From NCBI RefSeq assembly GCF_964355755.1, contig NC_092673.1, positions 19,651,648 through 19,715,647 of the forward strand: DNA of 64,000 nt, in the 5' to 3' direction. Every line of letters starts with the position of its first letter. Positions within the stretch are counted from its first letter, which is position 1. The position numbers were made by a program, and so were the translations under genes. The stretch is from Antedon mediterranea. Its lineage: Eukaryota; Animalia; Echinodermata. The notes under the pieces were generated by a model that was not told where the DNA came from, searched no databases, and was given only the letters and a program-made list of their open reading frames with translations. Of this stretch, positions 27,401 through 37,504 are shown piece after piece.

Positions 27401-30400
27401 AGTAATTCGTTTAAACAGATTAGTAATCCGTTTAAACGAATTACTAATCCGTTTGGACGGATTCCTAATTCGTTTGAACAGATTATTAATCTGTTTAAAC
27501 AAATTAGTAATTCGTTTGAACGGATTAGTAATCTGTTCAAACGAATTAGTAATCCGTTCAAACCAATTGCAACATATACAACAAGTGCCATTTAAAGAAT
27601 ATGTTGTAATTCGTTTGAACGGATTACTAATCTGTTCAAACGAATTACTAATTTGTTTAAACAGATTAATAATCTGTTAAAACGAATTAGGAATCCGTTC
27701 AAACGGATTAGTAATTTGTTTAAACGGATTACTAATTTGTTCAAACGAATTACTAATTCGTTCTAACGAATTAGTAATCCGTTTGAACAAATTATTAATT
27801 TGTTTAAACAAATTAATAATTTGTTTAAACGGATTACTAATTCGTTCAAACGAATTACTAATTTGTTCAAACAGATTAATAATCCGTTTAAACAAATTAT
27901 TAATTTGTTTAAACAAATTACTAATTCGTTTAAACGGATTACTAATTCGTTTGAACGAATTAGTAATTCGTTTAAACAAATTACTAATCCGTTTAAACAA
28001 ATTAGTAATTCGTTTGAACGAATTAGTAATCCGTTTAAACAAATTAGTAATTCGTTTGAACGGATTAGTAATCCGTTTGAACAAATTAGTAATCCGTTTA
28101 AACAAATTATGATTTGTTTGAACGGATTAGTAATCCGTTCAAACGAATTACAACATATACTTTGAATGGCACTTGTTGTATATGTTGCAATTCGTTTGAA
28201 CGGATTACTAATTCGTTTGAACAGATTATTAATCCGTTCAAACGAATTACTAATTCGTTATAACGGATTACGTTCGAAAAACATATACTTAAAATGGCAT
28301 TAATGGGCTTTCGTAGATATCTTCATTCCTCTTACCAGTAGTAGTACTATCAGAATCATTATTGATAATCTATACATTGTTACAACATGCTGCAATTAGC
28401 TGTGATATCTTCATTCCTCTTACCAGTAGTAGTACTATCAGAATCATTATTTGATAATCTATACATTGTTACAACTTGTTGCTATTAGCTGTGATATCTT
28501 GTAAAGTGGACACCTCCTATAACAGAAAGGGACACTCAATTGGCACTATTAGCTGAATCCGTCATAGTTTAGTTTAGTTATAATGGGAAAGTTTAGGCGA
28601 TGTGCCTTTTTAACCCCATATCAACTACATTGTGTCGATGCGATTCTTGAAGGCGTTAGTGGTCTCAGAATTGACAACGTCGGCTGGTAAACTGTTCCAA
28701 TGGTTTATTACGCGTTGCGAGAAGGTATGTCTTCTACAGTTCAATCCTTTATGGAAAGTAGGCTTGAAAAATCTCAGGTGATGCCCTCGAGTAATTCTGC
28801 TAATGTTACTTCTCATTTGGAAGAAGTCATCCTTGGCTACACCCTCGAAATCTTTAACAATTTTATATGCTTCAATCAGGTCACCTCGAATTCTTCTGTC
28901 ATACAAGGTTGTTAGGCCAAGAAGCTTTAAACGATCTTCATATGAATATGAACGGATACATGGAACTAATTTAGTCGCACGACGTTGTACTCATTTTGAA
29001 GATACGGATTCCATACTTGAACACAAAATTCGAGATGTGGGCGTACATAATGCTTGTAGATGACGTTAAAACAATCCTTATCCATATATACGAAAGTCCT
29101 TCTGATGCTTCTTAAACAGTTCACGGCCCGCTGAGACACTTTGGCACAGTGTTGGCTTGGTTTACAGTCATTAGTAATTAGTACTCCTAGGTCCTTTATT
29201 TTCTCAACTGTTTCCAGTTCAACTTCATCTATTTGGTATTTAAAATGAACATTTGAATGTTCGAAGTGCATCACCATGCATTTGCTTTTATTAAAAGCCA
29301 ACATCCATTCTTTACTCCACTGCAGTGCATTGTTTAAAGTTCTTGCAATAATTGTCCATCATTTCTGTTGTTAACTACTGAGTAGATCTTTGTATCATCA
29401 GCAAATAGCTTTATATGACTAGACACATACTTTGGTAGGTCATTTATATATAATGCAAACAACTGGACACTGACTATAATAACAGACACCAGCTGAATCT
29501 GTGATAAGTGGACTCCTCTAAAATCAGATACTTTTCAATGGTGTCCACTTATACTGTAGGAGGTTCAGTTGTAATTTTTTTTTTCCAGACAAAAGTGGGC
29601 CAAAAGAAAGAAAAGGAAGAGAAACAGATCAAGGTAATGGATCGAAATATATGTTGGAAAATAAGTAGAGTGGAGAGAGAAAATAAAAACTGGTTTTGAT
29701 CAGAATTGGGGGGAAACAATAATGATATATATCTCTTGGTATCTTTAGTTTAATCCTTAAACATAAAACATGCAAGACAAATAAAAATCCATAGCAGCCA
29801 AAAAAGCTGAATTGAGGATTTTTAACAAAGGCCAAATTTTTACAAATTTTAAATTTTTAAACTTAAGATTTTGTGCAATAATGGGTGTGTTCTATATTTA
29901 AATTTTTTTTAAATATTTTATACATATATATCGGTTTTTAATTATACTAATATTTGCTGATCTTTAAGAAGTATTTCTATTGTTATTTTATTATGATAAT
30001 ATACATTTCAGTATTTCAGTAATTTTCTGTAATTTTATTTGCAGGAAACACAATGGCATATTCTGAATCTTTGAACAATTTCAGAGACCTAAAAGCTGGT
30101 CTCAGTAGGTGCTTTGATGGTGAAAGATATCATTGGATAAGGTTCCTACTATTTGATCAATTGAATGTCGGGGACCTTACAAATAAAGATTTCAATGGAC
30201 ATAACTTACTCAATGCACTTGAAGACAAAGGTTTCATCTCATCAACTAATGTTAACTTGCTGTTAGAGATTACAAATACATCTGAAATCCAACAGGCCAA
30301 AGATCTTGTATCAGAGTATATGAGAAACAACATTCTGAATAGACATACTGGTAAAGCTAAGTTGTCACCTTACAGAAAGCGACTGTTCAAGGCCCTGAAT

Positions 30401-30880
30401 CAAGTTGACCCAGATGCATTACGTAATGTTACTGCTTACTATGAATTGACAAAATATAACTTATCAAATGTATGGGATGCAGTTCTCAGGCTTGAAATTG
30501 ATGGAGAATTATCTGATGATCCAGAAAAAATAAATTGGTTTGCAGATCGTCTTAGCACAACAGCAAGTAACACACTACTTGGTATGCATTTCTACTTTGT
30601 ATTGTATTAAGTTATTTGTAATATTAATCTTTCATTTATAAACAGTTTAAGTATTTGTAATCTGATTAAATTTTTTTTTTTAGGTCATCAACCACGTACA
30701 ATCTTTTAGCTTTTTGTTGATGGATCTTTTCATCTTTTAATATATTTTTTTCTATATTTTTAGTGATATTTTTTATTTTCTTTTTGCATGAATACATGAA
30801 ATGAAATAGTTTAATTTTATTCATTAAAGTTGATTATTTGCATTAAATGATTATTTGTAGGTGATAGTGAGAAGAAGTGA
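3447..30880 (+). CDS. Multi-exon Roco-family gene: ankyrin repeats + ROC GTPase + COR + tandem DED-like domains (about 1184 aa)
   Basis: Hand-spliced coding exons with GT-AG sites and matching phases: 3447-3454, 3849-3942, 4625-4732, 4952-5059, 11914-12021, 12185-12292, 12512-12619, 12783-12890, 13769-13853, 17476-17547, 18607-18754, 19158-19243, 19591-19649, 19938-20022, 21043-21200, 21822-21911, 22038-22217, 22377-22634, 22953-23147, 23837-24031, 24225-24530, 24695-24766, 25454-25667, 29589-29633, 30045-30581, 30861-30880(TGA). The total is 3555 nt in one open frame. Confidence 0.85.
3849..3942 (+). CDS. Gene 1 ankyrin N-cap exon (RKHLVEALSRNDLKTIKQICKTQPDLLKSINE)
   Basis: tttgacag acceptor and gag|gtataa donor. 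A paralogous exon of the same 94-bp length lies at 47043-47136. Confidence 0.8.
4076..4420. repeat. 71-bp tandem repeat, about 5 copies
   Basis: cacactgatgatggaggtataacctgc...taggctaaaaataataatataaata. Confidence 0.9.
4625..4732 (+). CDS. Gene 1 ankyrin-repeat exon A1 (VGDTPLHSYLRRGYPPTLEIVTCLIQHGAPVALQNK)
   Basis: GxTPLH...IVxxLIxHGA ankyrin consensus; 108 bp, phase 0-0; cctttccag acceptor and aag|gtaagg donor. Confidence 0.9.
4952..5059 (+). CDS. Gene 1 ankyrin-repeat exon A2 (DGDTLLHSYLWSVRTPTLEIVTCLIQHGAPVALQNK)
   Basis: 108 bp, phase 0-0, canonical splice sites. Confidence 0.85.
5104..5512 (-). repeat. 3' LTR
   Basis: TGTAGC...GCTACA, adjacent to the polypurine tract AAGAAAGGAGGGGTGGA on the minus strand (5513-5529). 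Confidence 0.95.
6280..10332 (-). CDS. pol: Gypsy Pol (protease-RT-RNase H-integrase), probably expressed by -1 frameshift
   Basis: ALIDSGS protease, YLDD reverse transcriptase, TDAS RNase H, and HHCC plus D-D-E integrase (IHSDQG...TERFNRTL), in Gypsy domain order. Confidence 0.96.
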   Translation of the reverse strand: MLRLRPNWTHSTILPKCADGKRQVTTTVGWVGGEKHTPKGQTYLVGPTNQAEISIHGVKCNALIDSGSQISTITIELYNKIPELKSQVMERSTIEVIAANGQSVPYYGIINSDINILNKTYSAVPVFVVPNSKYRKTIPVLIGTNVLRAQKNDKHNIKCKDAAFVAAFAQMEKNIQPENVGRAVYFNRHPARINPNQQIDIQCTAVWSKDKISTVLVEPFGSTTNFLVGRSVSHIRRNNIVTVRICNVSDKPIFLHHNTTVATLSQIASLDTYDVTGGISQLNITSQTVLPDLSESDIKTDSEHKALKSLLDKYSDVFSKDANDFGHTKAIYHHIPLIDNQPFRLPFRRIPPSQYQEVRSHINGMLEAGAIRPSKSPYASPMVIVRKKDGSMRICIDFRKLNSKTVRDAFPIPRIDEAMDALGKAKIFSTLDLTSGYWQVEVAEEDKPKTAFTTPMGLFECNRMPFGLQNAPATFQRLMMSCFGDQNFSTLLIYLDDIIIFSNNFQEHLERLETVFKRLRENGLKLKPSKCSLLRSEVNYLGHIVSAEGIHADPAKTAQVDSWPTPVDRKQVLQFLGFTGYYRRFISQYSEIAAPLYALTCGDPRRKKKNGRKAMNAKPPPFVWTSECDKAFSLLKHLLTNAPILAYPDYNLPFLLETDASGIGLGAVISQVQNGTPRVIAYASRSLRPSESRYPAHKLEFLALKWAVTNKFREYLIGNHFTVLTDNNPLLYVLSTAKLDATGQRWVAALSQFDFDIKYRPGKSNAAADALSRRKDVPCELVTAVLSGSAPVNPCLYVQPQIVQCQAHTRSKSRIDNTDAAGDPVQAPDVNTNHGFAPVPNLSQADISRLQKEDDVLDRVTFFLRRNQKPSAAERRLEHPNVICLLRQWNRLKFKNNILYRTTNINTGEACDQLVLPTSKHKLAFEHLHDNIGHLGYERTIDMIRRRFYWPKMASDIKTWCDTCQRCCLRKTSPNVKRAPLVNIHTYEPMELLCIDFLGLERSKGGYENVLVITDHFTRYALAYPTKNQTAETVAKVLFQNVFRHYGFPKRIHSDQGRNFESAIIKSVCKVAGIAKSRTTPYHPMGNGTTERFNRTLIDMLGTLSLDRKQDWKEYVGDMAHAYNCTKHDSTGYAPFYLMFGRHANLPIDVMFGLDSDNHNSDDDDYDELVLQFRERLKLVYDQAAKSSMKAKDKQKREYDKKTTQAPLELGDRVLVQKKHIIGKQKLVDRWEETPYVVLFKHPNIPVYKVENADGRQRTLHRNLLTPCMFLPLDLSTPTPDQSAPPSPNADASTSNIVPSHCLSLNPYASPFVSLSPPNKRFVNNIDTLDNRLIPQSSQTPTIMFEYDLD
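10248..11276 (-). CDS. gag: Gypsy Gag (PNMA-like capsid, CCHC zinc knuckle)
   Basis: 342-aa ORF with CYGCGQIGHIRRFC and an MHR-like QRQGESASFYAIEL. Confidence 0.92.
   Translation of the reverse strand: MEYTVLDMTGYEDTRCETVQPENSPLWERNSYYTTPMRADVSQSLETPGQPRLPRPVQGYNTAVKPLLPVPKSVQIYTPAHQLKGVPIFTGQSPNLLIEDWTRDVQHILSCSNMPSHLQFSTIVRNLGGTARKLVLNLPRECQTPERAFKELKEQFGNVSSGDPLSDFYQRTQRQGESASFYAIELEAVLRDVEEKLGRGPMHERDRMLTQQLMRGMYDQEVVGRIAPMRPRSMTFHSVLSEIRLLERERKQQPCAPHLVAPPITPTNVKGSGEDASMHRLVTEMERKISFLPAKLEAKEAAQQRPNMTQPRALECYGCGQIGHIRRFCPNAPTGNGRSPQQ
11305..11323 (-). promoter_or_regulatory. Primer-binding site complementary to the tRNA-His 3' end
   Basis: The plus strand reads AATCCTGGTCACGGCACCA, matching the 3' end of metazoan tRNA-His(GUG)+CCA, 2 nt from the LTR. 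Confidence 0.85.
11326..11734 (-). repeat. 5' LTR
   Basis: Direct repeat of 5104-5512, followed on the minus strand by the PBS. Confidence 0.95.
11914..12890 (+). CDS. Gene 1 ankyrin-repeat exons A3-A6 (11914-12021, 12185-12292, 12512-12619, 12783-12890)
   Basis: Four near-identical 108-bp phase 0-0 exons, [ND]G[DN]TLLHSYLWSVRTPTLEIVTCLIQHGAPVALQNK, in 271- and 327-bp exon+intron units. Confidence 0.85.
13769..13853 (+). CDS. Gene 1 ankyrin C-cap exon (DGNTPVSVLEINRWIGYQRKTEILNFFK)
   Basis: tttaatag acceptor, A|gtaagt donor, GNTP motif. The paralog is at 51235-51319. Confidence 0.85.
15480..16370 (-). mobile_element. Degraded non-LTR retrotransposon RT fragment
   Basis: Minus strand reads GIQQGSPLP, HLLYAADLLLFAD (YADD region), YTYLEVVF and AVRSELSR...IIRYWL, broken by frameshifts. 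Confidence 0.75.
18607..22634 (+). CDS. Gene 1 ROC (Ras of complex proteins) GTPase exons
   Basis: P-loop GQEGVGKT, switch I TDGI, G3 IWDHGGQ followed by YHGLHRMFMT, ALYIVVFDLS, G4 LIVGTHKG and G5 FAIENS, all typical of Roco ROC domains. Confidence 0.9.
20112..20439. mobile_element. TTAA-flanked MITE of about 330 bp (Kolobok-like); further copies at 21394-21730, 47434-47730, 62084-62439, partial at about 43978 and 45567
   Basis: TIR AGATGTATTGTCCCC...GGGGACAATACATCT with TTAA on both sides and shared internal sequence. Confidence 0.75.
22953..25667 (+). CDS. Gene 1 COR domain exons and Cys-rich C-terminal part
   Basis: COR-like motifs LLNFLYDLGEIVY, VVLDPMRLVEIVTKFV, GILEEDLLRKLW, LVALMIQLGFIC, FFVPLRL and LPDVLFPYLI, preceded by PLKW at the end of ROC. 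Confidence 0.85.
23443..23723. mobile_element. piggyBac-like MITE
   Basis: TTAA-CCCTTT...AAAGGG-TTAA with an imperfect TIR of about 16 bp. Confidence 0.7.
25900..28500. repeat. 88-bp minisatellite, about 13 copies, interrupted by a foldback transposon
   Basis: Unit atgctgctattagctgtgatatcttcattcctcttaccagtagtagtactatcagaatcattattgataatctatacattgttacaac. Confidence 0.95.
26860..28315. mobile_element. Non-autonomous foldback DNA transposon (IS3EU-like termini), 1456 bp
   Basis: TIR of more than 150 bp, TACGAAAGCCCATTAATGCC...GGCATTAATGGGCTTTCGTA, flanked by a duplicated GATATC. The interior consists of 7-bp-based repeats. Confidence 0.8.
28600..29465 (-). mobile_element. CR1-like LINE 3' fragment
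   Basis: KLFADDTKIY, FNKSKCMVMHF, KDLGVLI, YVRPHLEF, RRIRGDLIEAYK and FSQRVINHWNSLP, with frameshifts. Confidence 0.88.
30045..30581 (+). CDS. Gene 1 tandem death-effector-domain-like exon
   Basis: Two helical death-fold-like units. The first has FRDLK...WIRFLL...LLNALEDKGFISSTNVNLLLEI...DLVSEY; the second starts LSPYRKRLF, resembling caspase-8/cFLIP DED2. Phase 1-1. Confidence 0.7.
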
Positions 30881-31584
30881 GACGGCATCATCAAGTCACC
30901 AATGTGAACAAAGTGAAGGTAAATTATTCATAAATATTATGCAGGATTGGGAGATAAACATAAACATTACACGATTTTAGTATGATTATTGACATGATGA
31001 TAATGACATAGAAGTTATGAGGAATACTATGAAAGGTATGATTTATACAACACAAAGAATGTAATTACAATGTTGATTATTAATATAGGAATAAAATAAT
31101 AAGAGTGAGTAGCTTTGTTGTACTGTAGTTGTTTCTTAAAGCTGATTATAGATAGAAAATCATTGAATTATAATTATTATATTATAACCATATTCAAACA
31201 ATGATTATGATTATTAAACAATAATTATAACAATGCTGAATTTATTACTTAAAATTGGAAATGATTTTGTGGTTTTTCATGAATTTTTATTCATAAATCT
31301 TAAAATTTTAATTATGATAAGAATGCTATCTACTGAATTTATTAAATAAAATTGGAAATTATTCTGGCGTTTCATGAATTATACTGTAATCATATTCAAA
31401 TAATGATTATGATTTCAACAATGATTATGATGCTAATCCACTGAATTTATTATAGTGGGAAATATTGTGGTGTTTTATGAATTTATATTTATTATTCATA
31501 ATCTTAAAACAACAATTACAATTTCCACAATAATTATGATAACTGTTATACTAAATTGATTGATACTGTTTTTCATTTGTATAG

Positions 31585-31670
31585 ATCTCTCAGAGGAAGA
31601 TGAATACTTAAGTCACAGACTTAGCCCAATGATGCAATAAACATGGACATTCTATTCATACAAATGTTAT
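31585..31670 (+). other. Probable terminal 3' UTR exon of gene 1 with AATAAA (31636-31641)
   Basis: tttgtatag acceptor, upstream donor at 30919 and a poly(A) signal. A conserved copy lies after gene 2 (53379-53440). Confidence 0.5.
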
Positions 31671-31858
31671 TTAGAGATAAGACCATTTTAACTGTTTTTA
31701 TATTTCTTTGTGCATTTATATTAGAGTCTCTAGGTTGAGATTACAGGCAAAATCAAATGACAAACATACATTTTTTTAGTAATTGATTTAAGTAAGAAGA
31801 ATATGTGCTACCCCAGACCTCAATGCCATAAACGAGAGTGGAATAATAAATGAGTTTT

Positions 31859-32458
31859 CAACATATTGAAGCTGTAACTCAGTTGTCAATTGTGTACTCA
31901 ATGTTGTAGTAGACAGTTGTCAACATATTGAAGCTGTAACTCAGTTGTCAATTGTGTACTCAATGCTGTAGTAGACAGTTGTCATCATATTGAAGCTGTA
32001 ACTCAGTTGTCAATTGTGTACTCAATGCTGTAGTAGACAGTTGTCATCATATTGAAGCTGTAACTCAGTTGTCAATTGTGTACTCAATGCTGTAGTAGAC
32101 AGTTGTCAACATATGGAAGCTGTAACTCAGTTGTCAATTGTGTACTCAATGTTGTAGTAGACAGTTGTCAACATATGGAAGCTGTAACTCAGTTGTCAAT
32201 TGTGTACTCAATGCTGTAGTAGACAGTTGTCAACATATTGAAGCTGTAACTCAGTTGTCAATTGTGTACTCAATGCTGTAGTAGACAGTTGTCAACATAT
32301 TGAAGCTGTAACTCAGTTGTCAGTTGTGTACTCAATGCTGTAGTAGACAGTTGTCAACATATTGAAGCTGTAACTCAGTTGTCAATTGTCTACTCAATGC
32401 TGTAGTAGACAGTTGTCAACATATTGAAGCTGTAACTCAGTTGTCAATTGTCTACTCA
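31859..32458. repeat. 62-bp minisatellite, about 10 copies
   Basis: caacatattgaagctgtaactcagttgtcaattgtgtactcaatgctgtagtagacagttgt. Confidence 0.95.
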
Positions 32459-32929
32459 TTTATATGTCATTTCACATTGAAAACCAATTGCTCTTACTAT
32501 TTGAAAATGGATGTTTATATGATTACAGTTTAGATATCTAAAGTTACATAATTAGCATACACCTTTTGATTGGTAGGATATGGGAACAAAAAGTGGGTTT
32601 TTTCAAATATTGATACAATTAGAGATGCCCCTACAATCTCAATTTTTTTTCAAAATGTATATTGCAGCTATAAACATCTTAAAGTAAAGTAATAATTTGA
32701 TAAATTAAAAAAAAATTCAAATTAATAAGGGGACGCGACAGGATATGAGGGCAGCAATTAGGTGTTTGATATAATGATACTGATGATAATAATGTTGCTA
32801 TTTGTTTGTATTAATAACTATGGTAGTTATGATTAATGATCCTAAATTGTATTTAAATCAAGAAATCATGTAATAATTAGACCATGACAATCTAAATTTA
32901 TTGTGACCAAGACAATCATATTTTCCACT

Positions 32930-35080
32930 CAACAACACAATTTGTTGTGGATAAATCTAAAAGCTGTAGGAATCACTGTATTTATAGTACAGGGATTTTA
33001 ACAACACAATTTGTTGTGGATAAATCTAAAAGCTGTAGGAATCCCTGTATTTATAGTACAGGGATTTTAACAACACAATTTGTTGTGGATAAATCTAAAA
33101 GCTGTAGGAATCACTGTATTTATGGTACAGGGATTTTAACAACACAATTTGTTGTGGATAAATCCAAAAGCTGTAGGAATCACTGTATTTATAGTACAGG
33201 GATTTTAACAACACAATTTGTTGTGGATAAATCTAAAAGCTGTAGGAATCCCTGTATTTATAGTACAGGGATTTTAACAACACAATTTGTTGTGGATAAA
33301 TCTAAAAGCTGTAGGAATCACTGTATTTATGGTACAGGGATTTTAACAACACAATTTGTGGTGGATAAATCTAAAAGCTGTGGAATCACTGTATTTATAG
33401 TACAGGGATTTTAACAACACAATTTGTTGTGGATAAATCTAAAAGCTGTAGGAATCCCTGTATTTATAGTACAGGGATTTTAACAACACAATTTGTTGTG
33501 GATAAATCTAAAAGCTGTAGGAATCACTGTATTTATGGTACAGGGATTTTAACAACACAATTTGTTGTGGATAAATCTAAAAGCTGTGGAATCACTGTAT
33601 TTATAGTACAGGGATTTTAACAACACAATTTGTTGTGGATAAATCTAAAAGCTGTAGGAATCCCTGTATTTATAGTACAGGGATTTTAACAACACAATTT
33701 GTTGTGGATAAATCTAAAAGCTGTAGGAATCATCACTGTATTTATAGTACAGGGATTTTAACAACACAATTTGTTGTGGATAAATCTAAAAGCTGTAGGA
33801 ATCCCTGTATTTATAGTACAGGGATTTTAACAACACAATTTGTTGTGGATAAATCTAAAAGCTGTAGGAATCATCACTGTATTTATAGTACAGGGATTTT
33901 AACAACACAATTTGTTGTGGATAAATCTAAAAGCTGTAGGAATCACTGTATTTATGGTACAGGGATTTTAACAACACACTTTGTTGTGGATAAATCTAAA
34001 AGCTGTAGGAATCCCTGTATTTATGGTACAGGGATTTTAACAACACACTTTGTTGTGGATAAATCTAAAAGCTGTAGGAATCCCTGTATTTATAGTACAC
34101 TGGATTTTAACAACACAATTTGTTGTGGATAAATCCAAAAGCTGTAGGAATCACTGTATTTATAGTACAGGGATTTTGACAACACAATTTGTTGTGGATA
34201 AATCTAAAAGCTGTAGGAATCCCTGTATTTATAGTACAGGGATTTTAACAACACAATTTATTGTGGATAAATCTAAAAGCTGTAGGAATCACTGTATTTA
34301 TAGTACAGGGATTTTAACAACACAATTTGTTGTGGATAAATCTAAAAGCTGTAGGAATCCCTGTATTTATAGTACAGGGATTTTAACAACACAATTTGTT
34401 GTGGATAAATCTAAAAGCTGTAGGAATCACTGTATTTATAGTACAGGGATTTTAACAACACAATTTGTTGTGGATAAATCTAAAAGCTGTAGGAATCCCT
34501 GTATTTATAGTACAGGGATTTTAACAACACAATTTGTTGTGGATAAATCTAAAAGCTGTAGGAATCCCTGTATTTATAGTACAGGGATTTTAACAACACA
34601 ATTTGTTGTGGATAAATCTAAAAGCTGTAGGAATCACTGTATTTATAGTACAGGGATTTTAACAACCCAATTTGTTGTGGATAATTCTAAAAGCTGTAGG
34701 AATCACTGTATTTATGGTACAGGGATTTTAACAACACACTTTGTTGTGGATAAATCTAAAAGCTGTAGGAATCCCTGTATTTATAGTACAGGGATTTTAA
34801 CAACACAATTTGTTGTGGATAAATCCAAAAGCTGTAGGAATCACTGTATTTATAGTACAGGGATTTTGACAACACAATTTGTTGTGGATAAATCTAAAAG
34901 CTGTAGGAATCCCTGTATTTATAGTACAGGGATTTTAACAACACAATTTGTTGTGGATAAATCTAAAAGCTCAGGTAGGAATCACTGTATTTATAGTACA
35001 GGGATTTTGACAACACAATTTGTTGTGGATAAATCTAAAAGCCTTAGGAATCACTGTATTTATAGTACAGGGATTTTTAC
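32930..35080. repeat. 69-bp minisatellite, about 31 copies
   Basis: aacaacacaatttgttgtggataaatctaaaagctgtaggaatcactgtatttatagtacagggatttt. Confidence 0.97.
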
Positions 35081-35205
35081 AAAAAATGACCAAATTGATA
35101 ATGATGTTATTATATTAATGATGTGCAATTGTCAGTCTGTGTTAACTGTCACCCTTTTTAATTCATATTTTGCGATATCAATGTTGTCATCCTTCATGCT
35201 GCATT

Positions 35206-35450
35206 TTGGTTAAAGTGTGGCCTACCGTACTTAATAGGCCTAACAATAAATATAATAAGTCAATTCACATTAATATTTTGTTCTCTCTTGGTTAAAGTTT
35301 GGCCTACTGTACTTAATAGGCCTAACAATAAATATAATAAGTCAATTCACATTAATATTTTGTTCTCTCTTGGTTAAAGTTTGGCCTACTGTACTTAATA
35401 GGCCTAACAATAATATAATAAGTCAATTCACATTAATATTTTGTTCTTTC
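35206..35450. repeat. 82-bp tandem repeat, 3 copies
   Basis: ttggttaaagtttggcctactgtacttaataggcctaac... Confidence 0.9.
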
Positions 35451-36044
35451 TTTTCTAAGTTTGCAAAATTACAAAACAAAACATGACAAACATATATGTG
35501 TTTGTTCTGGTTTTGCTTTTGTAATTTTGAACATATTTATATTAATAAATAACTAACATGTGCATATTATGCAAATGAGACCAGGTAAACGGAAGTGCAG
35601 AACGATGTTTAAATATAGTGAATTGAATAAATACATTTTTTTGTACAGAACTGAATTATATTTTTTATATGAATGAATTTTCTAATACCTATTTGTTGAA
35701 AATGAAATGTTTTATATTTTGATATTTGTCACTTTTAATTCAATTTTGTAAATTAAAACTCAATTAAGTATTTATGCTGCTGTGTTTTAATGTTTATATT
35801 CATATATTTTTTAATAAATACTAATGAATGAAAAGCTTTTTTTGTGTTTGTAAGGAGTGTGTGTTTGTTTGGAAAGGGGAGATTTTAACATCGAGGATAT
35901 CATTATACTGTATTAAAATGTACGTGCTTTGCTATTCATCGTATATTATACAAAATATCCATTCCACCAATCCAGAGAGTAATAAAGTTCTTCGATATTA
36001 TGCATTACACACAGCGATAATGTTACGTAGACAAAAATGGTGAT

Positions 36045-36121
36045 TGCGCCCTCTATAAAAATAAAAGTTTATTCACCCAACAAACCACTCACAACATGTC
36101 GAAGAATGTCAAACAGAAGAA
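36045..36121 (+). promoter_or_regulatory. Candidate core promoter (GCGCC + TATAAAA) with a short first exon
   Basis: TGCGCCCTCTATAAAAA, ATG at 36096 (MSKNVKQK+AA) and a strong donor gtaagt at 36122, followed by an AGGCCT-rich tract. The same 17-mer occurs at 54181. Confidence 0.4.
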
Positions 36122-37275
36122 GTAAGTTTTTATTTCATTATTATCATTACTGTATCCTAGGCCTACCAACTTAGTACTATATTATATCGGCCTAGATAGG
36201 CCTATAGGCCTAGCTAGGCTAGTTCTAACTAGCTGGGACAGGCCCTAGGCCCTACCTCTAGCTATCAAAAAGGCTTTTTTTAGCCCTTTAGCTAGGCCTA
36301 GGCCCTAGGCCTATTCTAAATATAGGCCTAGGCTAGACTATATAGTGGGCCTAACCAGTAGCTAGTAGTAGGCCTACTATATAGTAGGTAGTACTAGTAG
36401 GCCCTAGAGGGACTGGCATATATTTTTCAATTTATCTTTCTGCATTTGAATAGTGTTCAGTTTGAAAGAGTATATAATCATAAGCATTTTAAACTTTAAA
36501 TCAACAAAATTTATTATTTATTATTTATTTCGAAAGTTATAAATAAAATAAGGTGTAAAAATTTGGCACCATCACTATCCTTTGTTTACATAGGAATCCC
36601 CACCCCACGTTTGTGACCTTGTACACAAATAGTCACTGGGTGAAAATACTACTAAAACACATATAAATACATTTTATGAACATATTTTTAATTAGAAAGT
36701 TGATGGTGACAAATATATATTTGCATACTAGTACCACATTTTGTTTGGAAATTGTGTCAAAATCACAAAAATAAGATAGAAAGTACTTATTTTATGTTTA
36801 CCCTCTCCCCGGACTGCGCGAATGTCCCGGAGGAATACCCCCACCTCAGCCAGGCTGTGTGATGACGTCATCAGGGACTTCGCGGCCTAGAATTGCTTAC
36901 TCACCTAGCATCAGGTGATTTAAAACCTTTTGTGATCCAATATAGGTGATATTTATGTTAAACCAAAGGCGAACACTGTTAAAATATAAATAGAGGCAAC
37001 GTCGTACACGTGAGGGCGCTCGCTTGCTCGCATGGTGGAAATACACAGTGTGCATGTGCTGTTTTTGACGATCTGCATTTTTGGATCCTCGGGTATAAGC
37101 CCACCCCCCAAACTTGACGTGATTTCATGTTCGAGGGGGGTGGGCTTATACCCGCGTCAGTACGGTACATGTACAAGTTGTAACAATTTTACTCGGTTTG
37201 TTACATTCAAATAACCAACAACATTTAGTTCATATTCACCAACATGTGATCAATTGCCTCTTCCTAAAATAAACC

Positions 37276-37500
37276 TTACAGCTTTTTTTGTGCTGTTTGT
37301 AATTTAATTTTAAGGTCCTTAGTAAGTCCGTCAAACCATGAGGTGGATCCGTAATCGTGGTGACTTTGAATGAGAGCGTTACAGAGAATTTTTCTAGTCT
37401 GATTATTTAAGCATTTTATATTACGGTAAAGAAATTTTAACCTAGAGTTGATTTTTTTAATTGTACTTTGCGCCATTGCTGTACCACTTAAGTTATTCAA
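37276..37500 (-). mobile_element. LINE (L2/CR1-group) fragment
   Basis: NNLSG...IKKINSRLKFLYR...LCNALIQSHHDYGSTSW, a post-RT region typical of this group. Confidence 0.7.
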
Positions 37501-37504
37501 TAGA

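Noticed and set aside
26045-28165. Staggered 62-aa ORFs and Leu/Asn-rich ORFs resembling LRR or coiled-coil proteins
   Set aside because: Translations of the 88-bp satellite and of the foldback element's short repeats, open on both strands.
32947-35213. Long ORFs with a 23-aa Cys-containing repeat
   Set aside because: By-product of a 69-bp satellite whose unit is a multiple of 3; frames break at indels and there is no gene structure.
36150-36410. AGGCCTAG-rich palindromic tract as a structured RNA
   Set aside because: Low-complexity scatter of a short motif with no consistent long stem.
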